Shown here: one piece after another, positions 1 to 10,679 of the stretch | Position numbering within the stretch: position 1 is the stretch's first letter | How the letters are laid out: each line of letters starts with the position of its first letter | Sequence record: PP355768.1 | Length of the DNA stretch: 64,000 nucleotides | Reading direction: 5' to 3' (one strand) | Notes under the pieces: model-generated | What the model was told of the DNA's origin: nothing | Databases searched by the model: none | What the model saw: the letters and a program-made list of their open reading frames with translations, nothing else | Made by a program: the position numbers and the translations under genes

Positions 1-1856
1 GTGCTATCAATACCATTTTTGAGACCGTCAACAAAGTAGTTAAGCAAATTAAAGCTGATGCGGTAATGTTCCGCTTTAATCCGAAGAAAATGCAAGGACA
101 GGATAAAGCCATTCAACGCATTCTTGCTCGGTTGATTACTACTCGCACCGGCGGTCGTTTCAATCTAATGAAAGATATGGCTTACTACAAAGGTAAGTAT
201 GCTTATTCTATTATGGTTCGTAAAGGTAAGAAACTTGAAGAGATTGAAGGAATTCCTGAAATTTCAGAAGAACTTTACACCAAAGTAGATTCCAAAGTAG
301 GCGAAGTTTATGTGTCTAAAGAAACCGGCGAAAACGTTACCAAAGCCGAAGCATTGGCTAATTCCATTGGCGAAAAAGAAGACAAGAAATCTGAACTCGC
401 AGTAATGAGTAAAATGAAAGTGTCTCGAAAAGATTTAATCCGAGCACAGTACGGCAAATTTGTTTCATATGTTGATGAAGATTGGCCAGAAAATAAGCGT
501 GAACGCTGGTACGAATTAACTACTAACACTCCAGTACTAAACGCAGAAGGCGATACGGTAGACCTCCAAAAGGATATTAAATCCGGGTTAGAAAAATCAA
601 TTCCTTTTTATGTTGATGATATCAAGCACTATCGCGTTCGTGGCGGATATGGAAGTAATTTTGGCGATGCAGTTGAGAGATTATTTGTAGGCCAAATGTC
701 GAGAATGCATGACGACTGGAAGGTTTTCATTCCTTCGGGTTCAGACAAAATGAAAATCGCTGAGCAACGAATTTCAGAAGTTGCTGACGTTATTGCTCAA
801 GCTAAAAATCCTGCATCTATGGAAACGATGCGTAAAATCGTTGAAGTAGCTACTCGTGGATTTGATATGCCTCCGGCTGACGATTTCGGAGCTTTGCGCC
901 AATACCAAAATCTTGTCAATTATATGATATCCGCTTATGTGTCAATCGTTGGCGATTCTATATCCAAAGCAATTGAATATAACCGTGAAATGCATTCTCG
1001 TTTAAGCGAAGAAGAAAGAGATGCAATACATCATTACTGTGGTTCTGGTTATTCATTTGTTAATAACTATCTTATTGGTATGGAAAGCTTAGGCGATCCG
1101 ATTATTGACAAGAAAATTCGTCCGCTCGATTCTGCCTTTGAAAAAGGTTTGCGTCTTGAACCAGGCACTCTTTTGTATCGTGGTCAGCGAGGAAAATATG
1201 AAGACTTTAAAGATAACATTGAGTCTAAAATGTTTTATTTCCAGAACTATGTTTCTACTTCGTTAAGTCCAATTATCTTTGGTGCTTATTCAAATGCTGG
1301 TGATTCATTAATGCCAGACGCACCTAGTTCTGATTTAGAAAACAAAGAAACAACTATCGATGCGGTATCTTCCGTTATTGGAACAGACAACTTGGAAAGA
1401 GTTGATAGAGGCGAGGAAGTTGCCTATGGCGATGAGTTTAAGTTTGGGTTCATTATTCATGGGGCTGATAAAGTTAAGGTAGTTATCCCGGGTGTCTTAT
1501 CAAGTTTTAGTGATGAGGCTGAAGTTATTCTTCCTCGCGGGTTGGCAATGAAAGTCAACAAAGTATGGGGAACTCCTTTTAGAAATGGAGTTGGTGTAGC
1601 GAATAACAAGACATTCATGGTAGAAATGACGGTAGTTCCGCCAGAGCAAATCGATGAATCGGTTCATCTCTATGATGGTGACATCTTGATGGAACAAGGC
1701 AAAGTGGAACCTCTTGAAGAAAGCAAGTTCAAAGGCTTTTTAAATGAGATTTACTTTTCGCCAGACCGTTCTACAGATAAGGTTAGCTACACACGTACCA
1801 TGGAGCTACTGGCTGGTGCTATCAACCTGGATGGTATCCCAGAAAAACTTGCATAA
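1..1856 (+). CDS. alt: Alt-like NAD:protein ADP-ribosyltransferase, 5' partial (frame open back to window start)
   Basis: ART motifs LYRGQ, YVSTSL and SDEAEVILPRG; N-terminal EISEELYTKVDSKVGEVY resembles T4 Alt; no stop upstream of ATG 66. Confidence 0.9.
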   Translation, partial: AINTIFETVNKVVKQIKADAVMFRFNPKKMQGQDKAIQRILARLITTRTGGRFNLMKDMAYYKGKYAYSIMVRKGKKLEEIEGIPEISEELYTKVDSKVGEVYVSKETGENVTKAEALANSIGEKEDKKSELAVMSKMKVSRKDLIRAQYGKFVSYVDEDWPENKRERWYELTTNTPVLNAEGDTVDLQKDIKSGLEKSIPFYVDDIKHYRVRGGYGSNFGDAVERLFVGQMSRMHDDWKVFIPSGSDKMKIAEQRISEVADVIAQAKNPASMETMRKIVEVATRGFDMPPADDFGALRQYQNLVNYMISAYVSIVGDSISKAIEYNREMHSRLSEEERDAIHHYCGSGYSFVNNYLIGMESLGDPIIDKKIRPLDSAFEKGLRLEPGTLLYRGQRGKYEDFKDNIESKMFYFQNYVSTSLSPIIFGAYSNAGDSLMPDAPSSDLENKETTIDAVSSVIGTDNLERVDRGEEVAYGDEFKFGFIIHGADKVKVVIPGVLSSFSDEAEVILPRGLAMKVNKVWGTPFRNGVGVANNKTFMVEMTVVPPEQIDESVHLYDGDILMEQGKVEPLEESKFKGFLNEIYFSPDRSTDKVSYTRTMELLAGAINLDGIPEKLA

Positions 1857-1860
1857 AGTT

Positions 1861-1889
1861 GTTTACTTATCACAAGGACGTGATACTAT
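1861..1889 (+). promoter_or_regulatory. T4-type early promoter
   Basis: GTTTAC-17 nt-TACTAT. Confidence 0.8.
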
Positions 1890-1919
1890 AGACTTACACA
1901 AACCAATGAGGAAATTGAT

Positions 1920-2198
1920 ATGAAACATGTATTCCGCTTTAACGGTATTGAATGGTCTGCTGATGTTAAAGACGCAGAGAAGTTTAACGAAGAAGTGCTT
2001 ATCATGCTTGAAGGGTTTAACGAAGGTACTCCGACGGTTCTTATCCAAGATATCTTCCGTAAGCCAACAGAGCCATCGTTTGTAGAAGCCGTTCTTAATG
2101 GAAAGGCAGAAGGTATCATTCCTGTTAAAGTAGTTTGGACCACAAACGAAATGAAACTTCTTCGCACTGAGCCAGGGTTTATTGGCTGCATTGCATAA
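1920..2198 (+). CDS. Hypothetical early protein (92 aa)
   Basis: GAGG SD, upstream early promoter, downstream terminator. Confidence 0.75.
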   Translation: MKHVFRFNGIEWSADVKDAEKFNEEVLIMLEGFNEGTPTVLIQDIFRKPTEPSFVEAVLNGKAEGIIPVKVVWTTNEMKLLRTEPGFIGCIA

Positions 2199-2203
2199 AA
2201 CAA

Positions 2204-2221
2204 AGGGGCCTTATGGCCCCC
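2204..2221. terminator. Intrinsic terminator between convergent genes
   Basis: GGGGCC-TTAT-GGCCCC hairpin. Confidence 0.7.
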
Positions 2222-3147
2222 TAAATTATTCTACTTGTCGTAGTAGTGATATTAGAAATTCCACCACCAGCCCCGCCTAAACGAGACAATCTTGAAGCAG
2301 ACGCACTCAAGCCCTGATTTGGATTAATCGTCTCAATTTTTTGAATAGCCTTATCTTCCAACCAATCCATAGCGGCTTGTTTTCCAACTGAACCTGTTTG
2401 CATGCTACGGTAAGCAAACGTGACATCAAACACTGCTATAGTATTTTCTCCATCATATGTAAATTCGGGAGCTCCACATGCTACAGGCATAGCCCCCGAG
2501 AACAAGCATACAGTATGAGGTAATCCATTTCTAGCATGAAGGTTAACTTGGATATCACATTCTACGTCTTGCGGCAATCCTCGCAGACCAGTCACCGGGT
2601 CTTCAACTGCATTTACCCAATCTTGCATTGCTCTATAGTTGCTTGCTTCTGGGTCCATCCTAAATGAAAGAACCAGCGGTTCCATATCTCTTCCAGTGAT
2701 TTTTATGTTAGGAGCGTTATGGAACTTATCCATTTCATATGACAGTCTATTCTCTGGTATTTTAGCAGAATACACCATCAAGCCTGCTGTCGGAAATGCC
2801 ATGTTAAAGAAATCAAGCAGATAAGTACCTACTGTGAATTCACCTAACAACGACTGTACAACACGCTGTGTCATTGCGCCAATCATAAATGTATTCACAC
2901 CTGATTTACGAACAACTTGCCGAGTTCCTTGTGTCACTATAGTTGTTATACCCTGATTGAATTCACCTGGTGTCAATCCAAGCCAATTTCCATCTAAACC
3001 CATATTATTATACAGCTCTCCACCAAAGTCGTTTAGAAGAGCCTGGGTTTTACTAGAGGGTACAGTAGCGAATACAACAGAGAACATGTTAGTTCTCTGG
3101 AAATCGATATCAGCAGCTTGACTCTTAAATTCTTCGAGAGTAAACAT
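2221..3147 (-). CDS. 54: Baseplate-tail tube initiator gp54
   Basis: DFQRTNMFSVVFAT, MQDWVNAVEDPVTGLR match T4 gp54; full length. Confidence 0.95.
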   Translation of the reverse strand: MFTLEEFKSQAADIDFQRTNMFSVVFATVPSSKTQALLNDFGGELYNNMGLDGNWLGLTPGEFNQGITTIVTQGTRQVVRKSGVNTFMIGAMTQRVVQSLLGEFTVGTYLLDFFNMAFPTAGLMVYSAKIPENRLSYEMDKFHNAPNIKITGRDMEPLVLSFRMDPEASNYRAMQDWVNAVEDPVTGLRGLPQDVECDIQVNLHARNGLPHTVCLFSGAMPVACGAPEFTYDGENTIAVFDVTFAYRSMQTGSVGKQAAMDWLEDKAIQKIETINPNQGLSASASRLSRLGGAGGGISNITTTTSRII

Positions 3148-3664
3148 TATTCAATACCTCCGATATAAACGTTTCCTCTATTAAGAGTAAGTATTTCACG
3201 CATAGTAATTTCAAGCGTAAATGTGCTTGGAAGGTTAGGAGCAATTGCTAAACCATTAAAATGTCCGTTCGGCGTTTTATCAAAACGGATACTCTGAATT
3301 TGGCATGGACCAAATATATCCTCTCTACCATCCATTGATGTAGAATATCCAAAATTACGAACAGTCCAAATAGTTGGGTTAGAAACTACAATAACATTAC
3401 TTAAAAACGATGTTATTTGCTCAAACACTGTGTTTTCTACTTTAGCCCCATCTGGAGCTGCGGATTTAAGAGTTCCTTTATACCATTCATCAATAGCAGC
3501 TTTAACTTCTTTTGCGTATGATGAATTTCCAGTCACACCGTAAGAATAGTAGTTAAAAATTTCATAGATGCGAATAATTTGTATAAGGTCATCCCGGCAT
3601 ACATACTACGGGCAGTGTTATAAATTTGTTCACCATTATCGGCCATTAATCCCTGCGTTAAAGA
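3147..3664 (-). pseudogene. 48: gp48 baseplate tail-tube cap: C-terminal and middle pieces, frameshifting deletion near 3598
   Basis: FGPCQIQSIRFDKTPNG; upstream pieces DLIQIIRIYEIFNYYSYG and TQGLMADNGEQIYNTARSMYAG are in different frames. Confidence 0.85.
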
Positions 3665-4421
3665 CTAACATTCACACCAAAAATGGTGGTACTCACGTTG
3701 ACCTAGTTCTCGATGAACTGAGCAATGAACTTATTCCAGCATTAAAACGTAAGTACAAGTTAGAAGTTAATAAAGCACGAATTAAAGAATGCCTAACTGT
3801 CATCATGTTTATTCGTGAGATGCTGACACAACTTTATTCTTAACCGAAGGTGATTCTGCGATTGGTTATCTACTTACAACTCGTGACCGTGAACTTCATG
3901 GCGGATATCCTTTGCGTGGTAAGTTCATGAATACATGGGGAATGTCTGCTGCGGATGCGATGAAGAATAAAGAAGTATTTGACATTTGTGCAATCACTGG
4001 TTTGACTATCGGTGAACCCGCTGAAAATACTAACTATCGAAATATTGCCATCATGACTGATGCAGACGTTGATGGTGTTGGTTCAATTTTCCCAAGTCTT
4101 TTGGCGTTCTTTAGTAATTGGCCAGAATTATTTGAACAAGGTCGAATCCGCTTTGTGAAAACTCCGGTTATTATTCTTACTAAAGGTAAAGAACAACGTT
4201 GGTTCTATTCTCTTGGCGAATATGAAGACCATAAAGATGATTTCAAAGGTTGGAAACTTCGTTATATTAAAGGTCTTGGCTCTCTTGAAGAAGATGAATA
4301 CGAACGTGTTATTCAAGACCCGGTTTATGATGTAGTCACTCTTCCTGAAAACTGGAAAGAACTTTTTGAATTAATTATGGGTAATGATGCTGCACCACGT
4401 AAGACATGGATGAGTGAATAA
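3665..4421 (+). pseudogene. 39: Type II topoisomerase large subunit (fused gp39+gp60), C-terminal fragments with deletion near 3820
   Basis: NIHTKNGGTH...MFIREM, then DADTTLFLTEGDSAIG, PLRGK and TOPRIM IMTDADVDG in another frame. Confidence 0.9.
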
Positions 4422-4423
4422 AG

Positions 4424-4453
4424 AATAAATAGTAAGGGTACTATTGCCCTTAC
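4424..4453 (+). promoter_or_regulatory. Late-promoter-like AATAAATA followed by a 7-bp hairpin
   Basis: AATAAATA 4424-4431; GTAAGGG/CCCTTAC inverted repeat. Confidence 0.45.
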
Positions 4454-4468
4454 TTAGAAGGAATTAAC

Positions 4469-4621
4469 ATGCAACGTTATTGGATTACTTTGATCTCAGG
4501 CGACTATGGATATCTGTTCGCTGAAAAGAAACCTCTGCCCGGAACTTGGGTTACTATCTGGGTGGAAAACATTGATGGTTCTAAACATGAGGTTTATGGT
4601 CGAGTTAGTAGGGTGTGGTAA
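4469..4621 (+). CDS. 50-aa hypothetical protein (MQRYWITLISGDYG...) missing from the ORF track
   Basis: AAGGA SD, ATG 4469, TAA 4619-4621, terminator follows. Confidence 0.7.
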   Translation: MQRYWITLISGDYGYLFAEKKPLPGTWVTIWVENIDGSKHEVYGRVSRVW

Positions 4622-4624
4622 TCT

Positions 4625-4650
4625 AAGGGACCTCCGGGTCCCTTTTTCTT
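4625..4650 (+). terminator. Intrinsic terminator
   Basis: AGGGACC-TCCG-GGTCCCT plus T tract. Confidence 0.85.
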
Positions 4651-4706
4651 TATAAGAATGGATTTATATGGCTTTAATCAAGAAGTGCTTGGAGATGATT
4701 CTAGGA

Positions 4707-4734
4707 TTCTTGCTTAAAGTTATAGTGATATAAT
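4707..4734 (+). promoter_or_regulatory. T4 middle promoter (MotA box)
   Basis: TTCTTGCTTA-12 nt-TATAAT. Confidence 0.75.
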
Positions 4735-4760
4735 TTCCCTAAATCACTGAGGAAAATATT

Positions 4761-4967
4761 ATGAAACGTAGTTACATCCCATCAGAAGAATTATTCAACG
4801 ATGCTATATATCGTGAATATCGTATCATCCAGCGGTTCTTTGACATCCAAGCAGCTGAGGAATTCAAAGAACGCTTCAAAGAAATCCATAATAAAATTTT
4901 TACAACTAACACCGCTACTGCTGAAGAGTTACTTGAAGTAGCAGAAATCATTAAACGACACAATTGA
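4761..4967 (+). CDS. rIIA.1: RIIA.1 conserved hypothetical protein
   Basis: REYRIIQRFFD...EEFK motif; position before rIIA. Confidence 0.85.
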   Translation: MKRSYIPSEELFNDAIYREYRIIQRFFDIQAAEEFKERFKEIHNKIFTTNTATAEELLEVAEIIKRHN

Positions 4968-4977
4968 TAGGAATAAA

Positions 4978-7146
4978 ATGAAAATTAAATGTGATGATGA
5001 AGTAATTATTGGTTCTTCTGACGCTGACGATTCAACGTTTACCATTAAAGCTTCAGGTAAAGCTTTTGACATTTTGTCAAATAAACTTTATAAGTATAAA
5101 GTCCGTGCCGTTGTTCGTGAACTTTCTACTAACTGTGATGATGCTCATAAATTGAACGGCAATGAAAATCGTCCATTTTACATAAAAGCACCAACACGTC
5201 TTGACCCGCGCTTTGTAATTCGTGATTATGGCCCAGGTCTTAATCATAATGACATGATGACGATGTACAAAACGTTCTTTGAATCCACAAAGAATAACAG
5301 TAATGATTTCATCGGTGCTCTTGGTCTTGGTTCTAAATCTCCACTGAGCTACACGAGTACATTTAACGTAGTGTCTTATCATGATGGTAAAGCTACAGGT
5401 TATACTGTCATGAAAAACCGCGGCGAACCTACTATTCGTCCAATGTTCGTTGATGACATGAAAGAAGACGAAGAAACTGGTCTTGAAATCACTGTTCCGG
5501 TTAAAGTAGAAGATATTGATACCTGGCACTATGAAATCGCATATATTTTGCGTACGTTTGGTGCTGTTCCTCCGAAGGTAGATTCTCTTCGTCGCGAAAT
5601 TGAATATTTCCCAGTAGATAAAACTGATTGGTTTAGCGTTAATAGCTCTTACGAAAGTTATGGCCTGTATGCAGTTTATGGAAAAATCGTATATCCTATC
5701 AGCGGTGTAGATGTTAAGGCAGATTGGCTGCTTAATCGCTATGGTAAGGTTTATGTTCATTTCCCACTGGGTGAATTGGATATCACTCCATCTCGTGAAG
5801 AGCTTTCTCTTGACGAAGAAACAATTGCTAATATCCAGAAGCGTGTGAATGCTCTTGAAGAAGAGGTAATTACCGCAGATATTAAAGCGTTTGAAGCGTA
5901 TGAATCTGACCGTGAATTCCTGCGTGAGTTCAATAAGCTGAGTTCTAAGGAACGCTCTATTCTTCAGAGCCGTGGTATTACCATTGGGAACCGCGATATT
6001 AAACAAGTAGTTGCGAAGTATAATCTTGATAAAATTCGTTCATATTATGTAGATAACGAAGTATCAGTTTATGTTTCATGCGATGAACCTGCTCGTCGTA
6101 AAGTGTCAAGCAGTTCTTGGCATCGTCATAACCAAGTAAACATTTCTGATATTTGCGGGGTTGATAGAACTAAAGCGTTTGTTCTTATTGACGATAAAGC
6201 GGGTAAGCGTATTGCTACGGTTCGTGCTCTGTGTAAATCTGGGTTAGTTCCAATCTGGGCACACATTACTGTAATCAAAGACAATGAAGATGAATTACAT
6301 GTCATTGATGAGCTGAAGAAAATCATGGATACTGATGAAGTTGTAGTATTCCGTGTGTCTGAACTTGAAGCCCAGAGAAAAGCTCTTCCTGATTATGACA
6401 CTGGTCCAAAAGAGAAACGTCCGAAATCTCCTAATGTGTCATTGCATTGGATTGATAAAGACGGGTATTGGGAAGAAGACCGTCAGACTTTAGTATCATC
6501 TGAAATTGCTGAGCTTGAAGGTTATGCAATCGGTCGTAATCGTGATGAAATCCACACTTTCCCAGATAATGTTTGGTGGTGGAATATGAACATCGCGAGC
6601 ATGCGGTCTCTGGCAGAAGCGTGTGGAATTAAGAAATTCTATGCAATTCGTCCAGGTGCTATGAAAGCCGCGGCAAAAGCCGATGGATTGCTTTCATTTG
6701 ACCGATTTATTATCGACCAATACATCAAGTGTATTGATAAGGTAGACTACGACCAGTACATGCCGTCAAATGCTACTGGAAACCGTATCTGTGGAAATAT
6801 TGCGCATTACGATAAATTGAATTTCTTGTCGAGTAAGTTTACTGCGTCTGGAATGAAAAATCCGTTCCTGACAAAATTAAACAAAATCGCTAAGGTTTGT
6901 CGTACAAGTAAAATCAAAGATGAAAACGATGATTTAGCTTTATGTAATAAAATTTATAATAAACTGTCTGGTGATGCTGAGACAATCTTCTATAAAAAGA
7001 TTGAACAGTTTAAAGATGATTATCCTGTCATCGCAAGTGTCTTGGATACTTGGCGGACTGACAGCAAACTCGTCGATGATATCGTAAAAATCATGGAGCT
7101 CCTTGATGGAGCTTCTACTCAAAATTCTGAAAATAAAGGTGAATAA
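4978..7146 (+). CDS. rIIA: RIIA membrane-protection protein with N-terminal GHKL ATPase
   Basis: VVRELSTNCDDAH, IRDYGPG, GALGLGSKSP; 722 aa, intact. Confidence 0.95.
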   Translation: MKIKCDDEVIIGSSDADDSTFTIKASGKAFDILSNKLYKYKVRAVVRELSTNCDDAHKLNGNENRPFYIKAPTRLDPRFVIRDYGPGLNHNDMMTMYKTFFESTKNNSNDFIGALGLGSKSPLSYTSTFNVVSYHDGKATGYTVMKNRGEPTIRPMFVDDMKEDEETGLEITVPVKVEDIDTWHYEIAYILRTFGAVPPKVDSLRREIEYFPVDKTDWFSVNSSYESYGLYAVYGKIVYPISGVDVKADWLLNRYGKVYVHFPLGELDITPSREELSLDEETIANIQKRVNALEEEVITADIKAFEAYESDREFLREFNKLSSKERSILQSRGITIGNRDIKQVVAKYNLDKIRSYYVDNEVSVYVSCDEPARRKVSSSSWHRHNQVNISDICGVDRTKAFVLIDDKAGKRIATVRALCKSGLVPIWAHITVIKDNEDELHVIDELKKIMDTDEVVVFRVSELEAQRKALPDYDTGPKEKRPKSPNVSLHWIDKDGYWEEDRQTLVSSEIAELEGYAIGRNRDEIHTFPDNVWWWNMNIASMRSLAEACGIKKFYAIRPGAMKAAAKADGLLSFDRFIIDQYIKCIDKVDYDQYMPSNATGNRICGNIAHYDKLNFLSSKFTASGMKNPFLTKLNKIAKVCRTSKIKDENDDLALCNKIYNKLSGDAETIFYKKIEQFKDDYPVIASVLDTWRTDSKLVDDIVKIMELLDGASTQNSENKGE

Positions 7147-7823
7147 ATGGCTGTTACCTGTCTGTCTGAAATCCAAAAAGATGCAATCGTTAAAAACTTC
7201 AAAAACGGTCTGTACACTAAGAAAGAGCTCGCCTAGAAGCTCCAGTTGAGCGTGAATTTAAATGGGCAGCAAGTTCCAAATTCATTTCAATTACTGAAGG
7301 CCGTACTACTTATAACGCTGATAGCCAACATCCTGGGTTTAAATCTGCGCTGCAGAAACTTGTAGATGGTGATATCGCTGGTGCTATTGACCACATTAAC
7401 CTGGAACAAGGCATCAAGAAATTCGTTCAGGGTAACGTCCGAATTGAAGATGGTACTTTATTCTATAAAGATATCGAGCTGAAATCTGGTCTGACTGAGC
7501 GTATCGTTCGAGCTATGGAAGATGGCGAAGACTTTAAACGTTATCTGCCTTTCCTGGAAAACCTGATGCTGAACCCATCTCGTCGTGCAGTTTATCGCCT
7601 GTTTGATTTCCTGAATGCAAACGATATCGACATCACTGATGATGGTCACTTCATTGGTTGGAAAGTAGTTCGTTCCACTTATATGGACTGTGCTTCAAAC
7701 ACGTTTGATAACTCTCCTGGTAAAACTGTTACAATGCCGCGTAATCAGGTAGATGAAGACGATCAGCGTACTTGTTCCGCAGGTCTGCATGTCTGCTCTA
7801 AATCTTACATCGGTCACTTCGGT
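7147..7823 (+). pseudogene. rIIB: RIIB fragments, broken near 7234 and 7824
   Basis: N-terminus stops at 7234; second frame FLENLMLNPSRRAVYRLFDFL...CSAGLHVCSKSY; C-terminus replaced by KVKALEEKIRNLCI. Confidence 0.85.
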
Positions 7824-7870
7824 AAAGTTAAAGCCTTAGAAGAAAAAATTCGTAACTTGTGCATTTAACG

Positions 7871-7900
7871 GTTTACTTTACTGTTCTTCAGTGATACTAT
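7871..7900 (+). promoter_or_regulatory. T4-type early promoter
   Basis: GTTTAC...GATACTAT; the ORF it drives (ATG 7929) is truncated. Confidence 0.8.
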
Positions 7901-8009
7901 AATCCTGTTAGCTAAACTGGAGAACAAAATGAAAAAGTTACTTACGATTTTGAAGAACACCTTTGTAGTATTCTGCCTTATCGTTACTTTCATTTAACTT
8001 AATGACCTT

Positions 8010-8625
8010 TTTCAGTGGTAATTGAACTAGGAGTCAAAGTAACAGAAACACCGCTCATGGTCTTTTTAGTAAAAGCGACAGCAATACCTTTAGTTGCAGT
8101 TCCATTATTATAGTCTGGGGCAGAAACCGTTACTTCACAATTCAGTGTGTAGCTAGTTTCCGTTGACTCGGTTAAGGTAATTGTTTTACCCGTTTGGCCA
8201 GAAATAACAGAAGAGCCACGTTTCCAAACATAAGCAATGCTTGCTCCTGACGGGGCGCCAGTAACATCAGCTGTGACTACTTGGGATTGACCAATTTCTT
8301 TAGAAACAGAAGTTGGGCTCAAAGTTAAAGTAATCGCAGGCATAGTTTTGTTATTAACGGTCAGAGTAGTTTCTGCTTCAGCCGTTTCAGGATCGCCTTC
8401 AGCCGGAGTAACAGTAGCAACTACTTTAACGGTCTTACTACCCGCAGGTCCTGCAGCAACATAATTCATAGCTGCGGTAACAGAAGATTGTTTTACACCA
8501 TTTACTGTCCATACAAACGTTTCTGTGCCTTCAACTGCGGCGCCAGAAGTTGTTGCAGTAAAATTGGTTGTTGCTCCAATGACTGCCGAAGCAGCCAAAG
8601 GAGCAATAGATACGCTATAAGCCAT
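8010..8625 (-). pseudogene. hoc: Hoc head outer capsid protein, N-terminal Ig-like domains only
   Basis: Ser/Thr-rich beta repeats (FVWTVNG, YVWKRG); follows inh; capsid-binding C-domain absent. Confidence 0.8.
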
Positions 8626-8634
8626 AGGTGTTCC

Positions 8635-9429
8635 TTATTTTAAAGTTACAAATGAAGAATTACGTGTTTCACGAATCATAACAGACCCGTTTCTTTTGAT
8701 GTAATAGATTAAACTAAACAGTGTCTGGTGTGCTGATGGGTGTTCAAACGACGTTGGCCGAGATTTCCAGTCCGGGTTATCTTTAATCCATTGGTAAATC
8801 CACCATGGAAGAGTAATATATCCTGGGTTCTTACCTAGCAATTGCATGTTTGGACTAAAGTTTTTAGGAAGCTCAATGGTTTCATCAGTTTTAACAATTT
8901 TAACTACTTTGTCCATTGCTTTGGAGAATTCTTCAGGGTCCGTAGTACTAATTGGAATGTTTGTAAGTTTTCCTTCATCATCGATATGGATAATGCTATC
9001 TCCAATAGGAGCTTCAGCATAAAATCCTTTATCATTGATAGAAGGAGTTTTTACTTCAAATCCAGGGTCATTTACTTTAGGTGTTTCTTTATAAAAATCT
9101 GGGTCAATATCATGAATTTTAACACTTGCACTTACTGGAGCATCAAACAGTAGTTTTGCTTCATCAGACGCTTCATCATTGAAAAGCGCTTTTCCTTCAA
9201 TTTCATCATCTGCTTGGATTAAATCGGCAATTGATAGACCATCGTTGTCTTCTGGCATAGGCTCATCGGCCAATTTAGCCAGTTCTTTTTCCAAATCAGC
9301 AACCATATTGTCAAATGAGCGGGTCTTCTTCAGTTTAATACCGAAGGTTTTGGCATATTCGTCGAGCTTGTCTTTAGCTTCTTTTTTATCGAGTGCCTGA
9401 ATTTCTTTAATATAGTCTTTATCTAGCAT
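8635..9429 (-). CDS. inh: Inh, inhibitor of prohead protease gp21
   Basis: LPWWIYQWI, SFEHPSAHQTLFSLIYYI, RETRNSSFVTLK. Confidence 0.95.
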   Translation of the reverse strand: MLDKDYIKEIQALDKKEAKDKLDEYAKTFGIKLKKTRSFDNMVADLEKELAKLADEPMPEDNDGLSIADLIQADDEIEGKALFNDEASDEAKLLFDAPVSASVKIHDIDPDFYKETPKVNDPGFEVKTPSINDKGFYAEAPIGDSIIHIDDEGKLTNIPISTTDPEEFSKAMDKVVKIVKTDETIELPKNFSPNMQLLGKNPGYITLPWWIYQWIKDNPDWKSRPTSFEHPSAHQTLFSLIYYIKRNGSVMIRETRNSSFVTLK

Positions 9430-9446
9430 TGGGTGTGCCTCATGTA

Positions 9447-10619
9447 ACTAAGATTGAGCCACACTGGTATCAGAAAGATGCTGTATATGAAGGTCTAGTT
9501 AATCGACGTAGAATTCTTAATCTTCCAACGTCTGCCGGTAAGTCTCTTATTCAGGCATTACTTGCTCGTTATTATGTAGAAAATTACGAAGGCAAAATTC
9601 TTATCATCGTTCCTACCACAGCGTTAGTTGACCAGATGATTGATGATTTTTGTGATTATCGTTTATTTCCTCGCAATGCTATGCTGGGTATTCGAGGTGG
9701 TACTGCTCGTGATTCGAATGCATTAGTTTATGTATCTACCTGGCAGACCGCTGTTAAGCAGCCTAAAGAATGGTTTTCTCAATTCGGCATGATGATGAAT
9801 GATGAATGCCATCTTGCAACGGGCAAGTCAATTTCAACAATCATTGCGGGTCTCACCAATTGCATGTTTAAGTACGGACTGTCTGGTTCTCTTAAAGACG
9901 GCAAAGCTAATATCATGCAATATGTTGGCATGTTTGGTGAAATCTTCCGTCCGGTATCAACTTCTAAGTTAATGGAAGACGGACAAGTAACTGAGCTTAA
10001 AATTAATACAATCTTCTTAAGATATCCAGATGCAGCAGCAAACGCTTTAAAAGGAAAAACGTATCAAGAAGAAATTAAATTCATCACCAATGTTAAGAAA
10101 AGAAATCGTTGGATTGCTAATCTTGCTACTAAACTTGCAGCGCGTGACGAAAATGCCTTTGTGATGTTTAAACATGTAGCTCATGGTAAAGAGCTATTCG
10201 AGATGATTAAAGCTGCTGGTCATGAGCATGTCTATTATGTGTCAGGTGAAGTTAATACCGAAACACGCAATGCTTTAAAGGCTATGGCAGAAAACGGAAA
10301 GGGAATTATTATCGTCGCAAGTTACGGTGTATTCTCTACAGGTATTTCTGTAAAAAACCTGCATCATGTAATTTTAGCTCATCCCGTTAAATCGAAGATT
10401 ATCGTTCTCCAAACAATTGGTCGTGTTCTTCGTAAACACAAAGATAAATCTTTAGCTACTGTCTGGGATATCATCGACGACCTCGGTGTAAAGCCGAAAT
10501 CCGCCAATGCTAAAAAGAAATACACGCATTTGAATTATTGCTTAAAACATGCATTAGAGCGTATTCAACGATATGCTGATGAAAAATTTAACTACGTAAT
10601 GAAAACGGTAAATCTATGA
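9447..10619 (+). pseudogene. uvsW: UvsW SF2 helicase lacking its N-terminus
   Basis: IEPHWYQKDAV, NLPTSAGKS, MNDECH, QTIGRVLR; joined directly to the inh RBS. Confidence 0.9.
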
Positions 10620-10678
10620 TTAAATTTGAAGATATTTATGAAGCCACAATTCGTGAGGCTACTATCGATAACTTCATC
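10616..10678 (+). pseudogene. uvsW.1: UvsW.1 N-terminal fragment
   Basis: MIKFEDIYEA...EATIDNF overlaps the uvsW stop, as in T4. Confidence 0.55.
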
Positions 10679-10679
10679 C

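Noticed and set aside
5077-6006. 309-aa antisense ORF inside rIIA
   Set aside because: Shadow frame of a conserved gene; no SD or promoter, no recognisable motif
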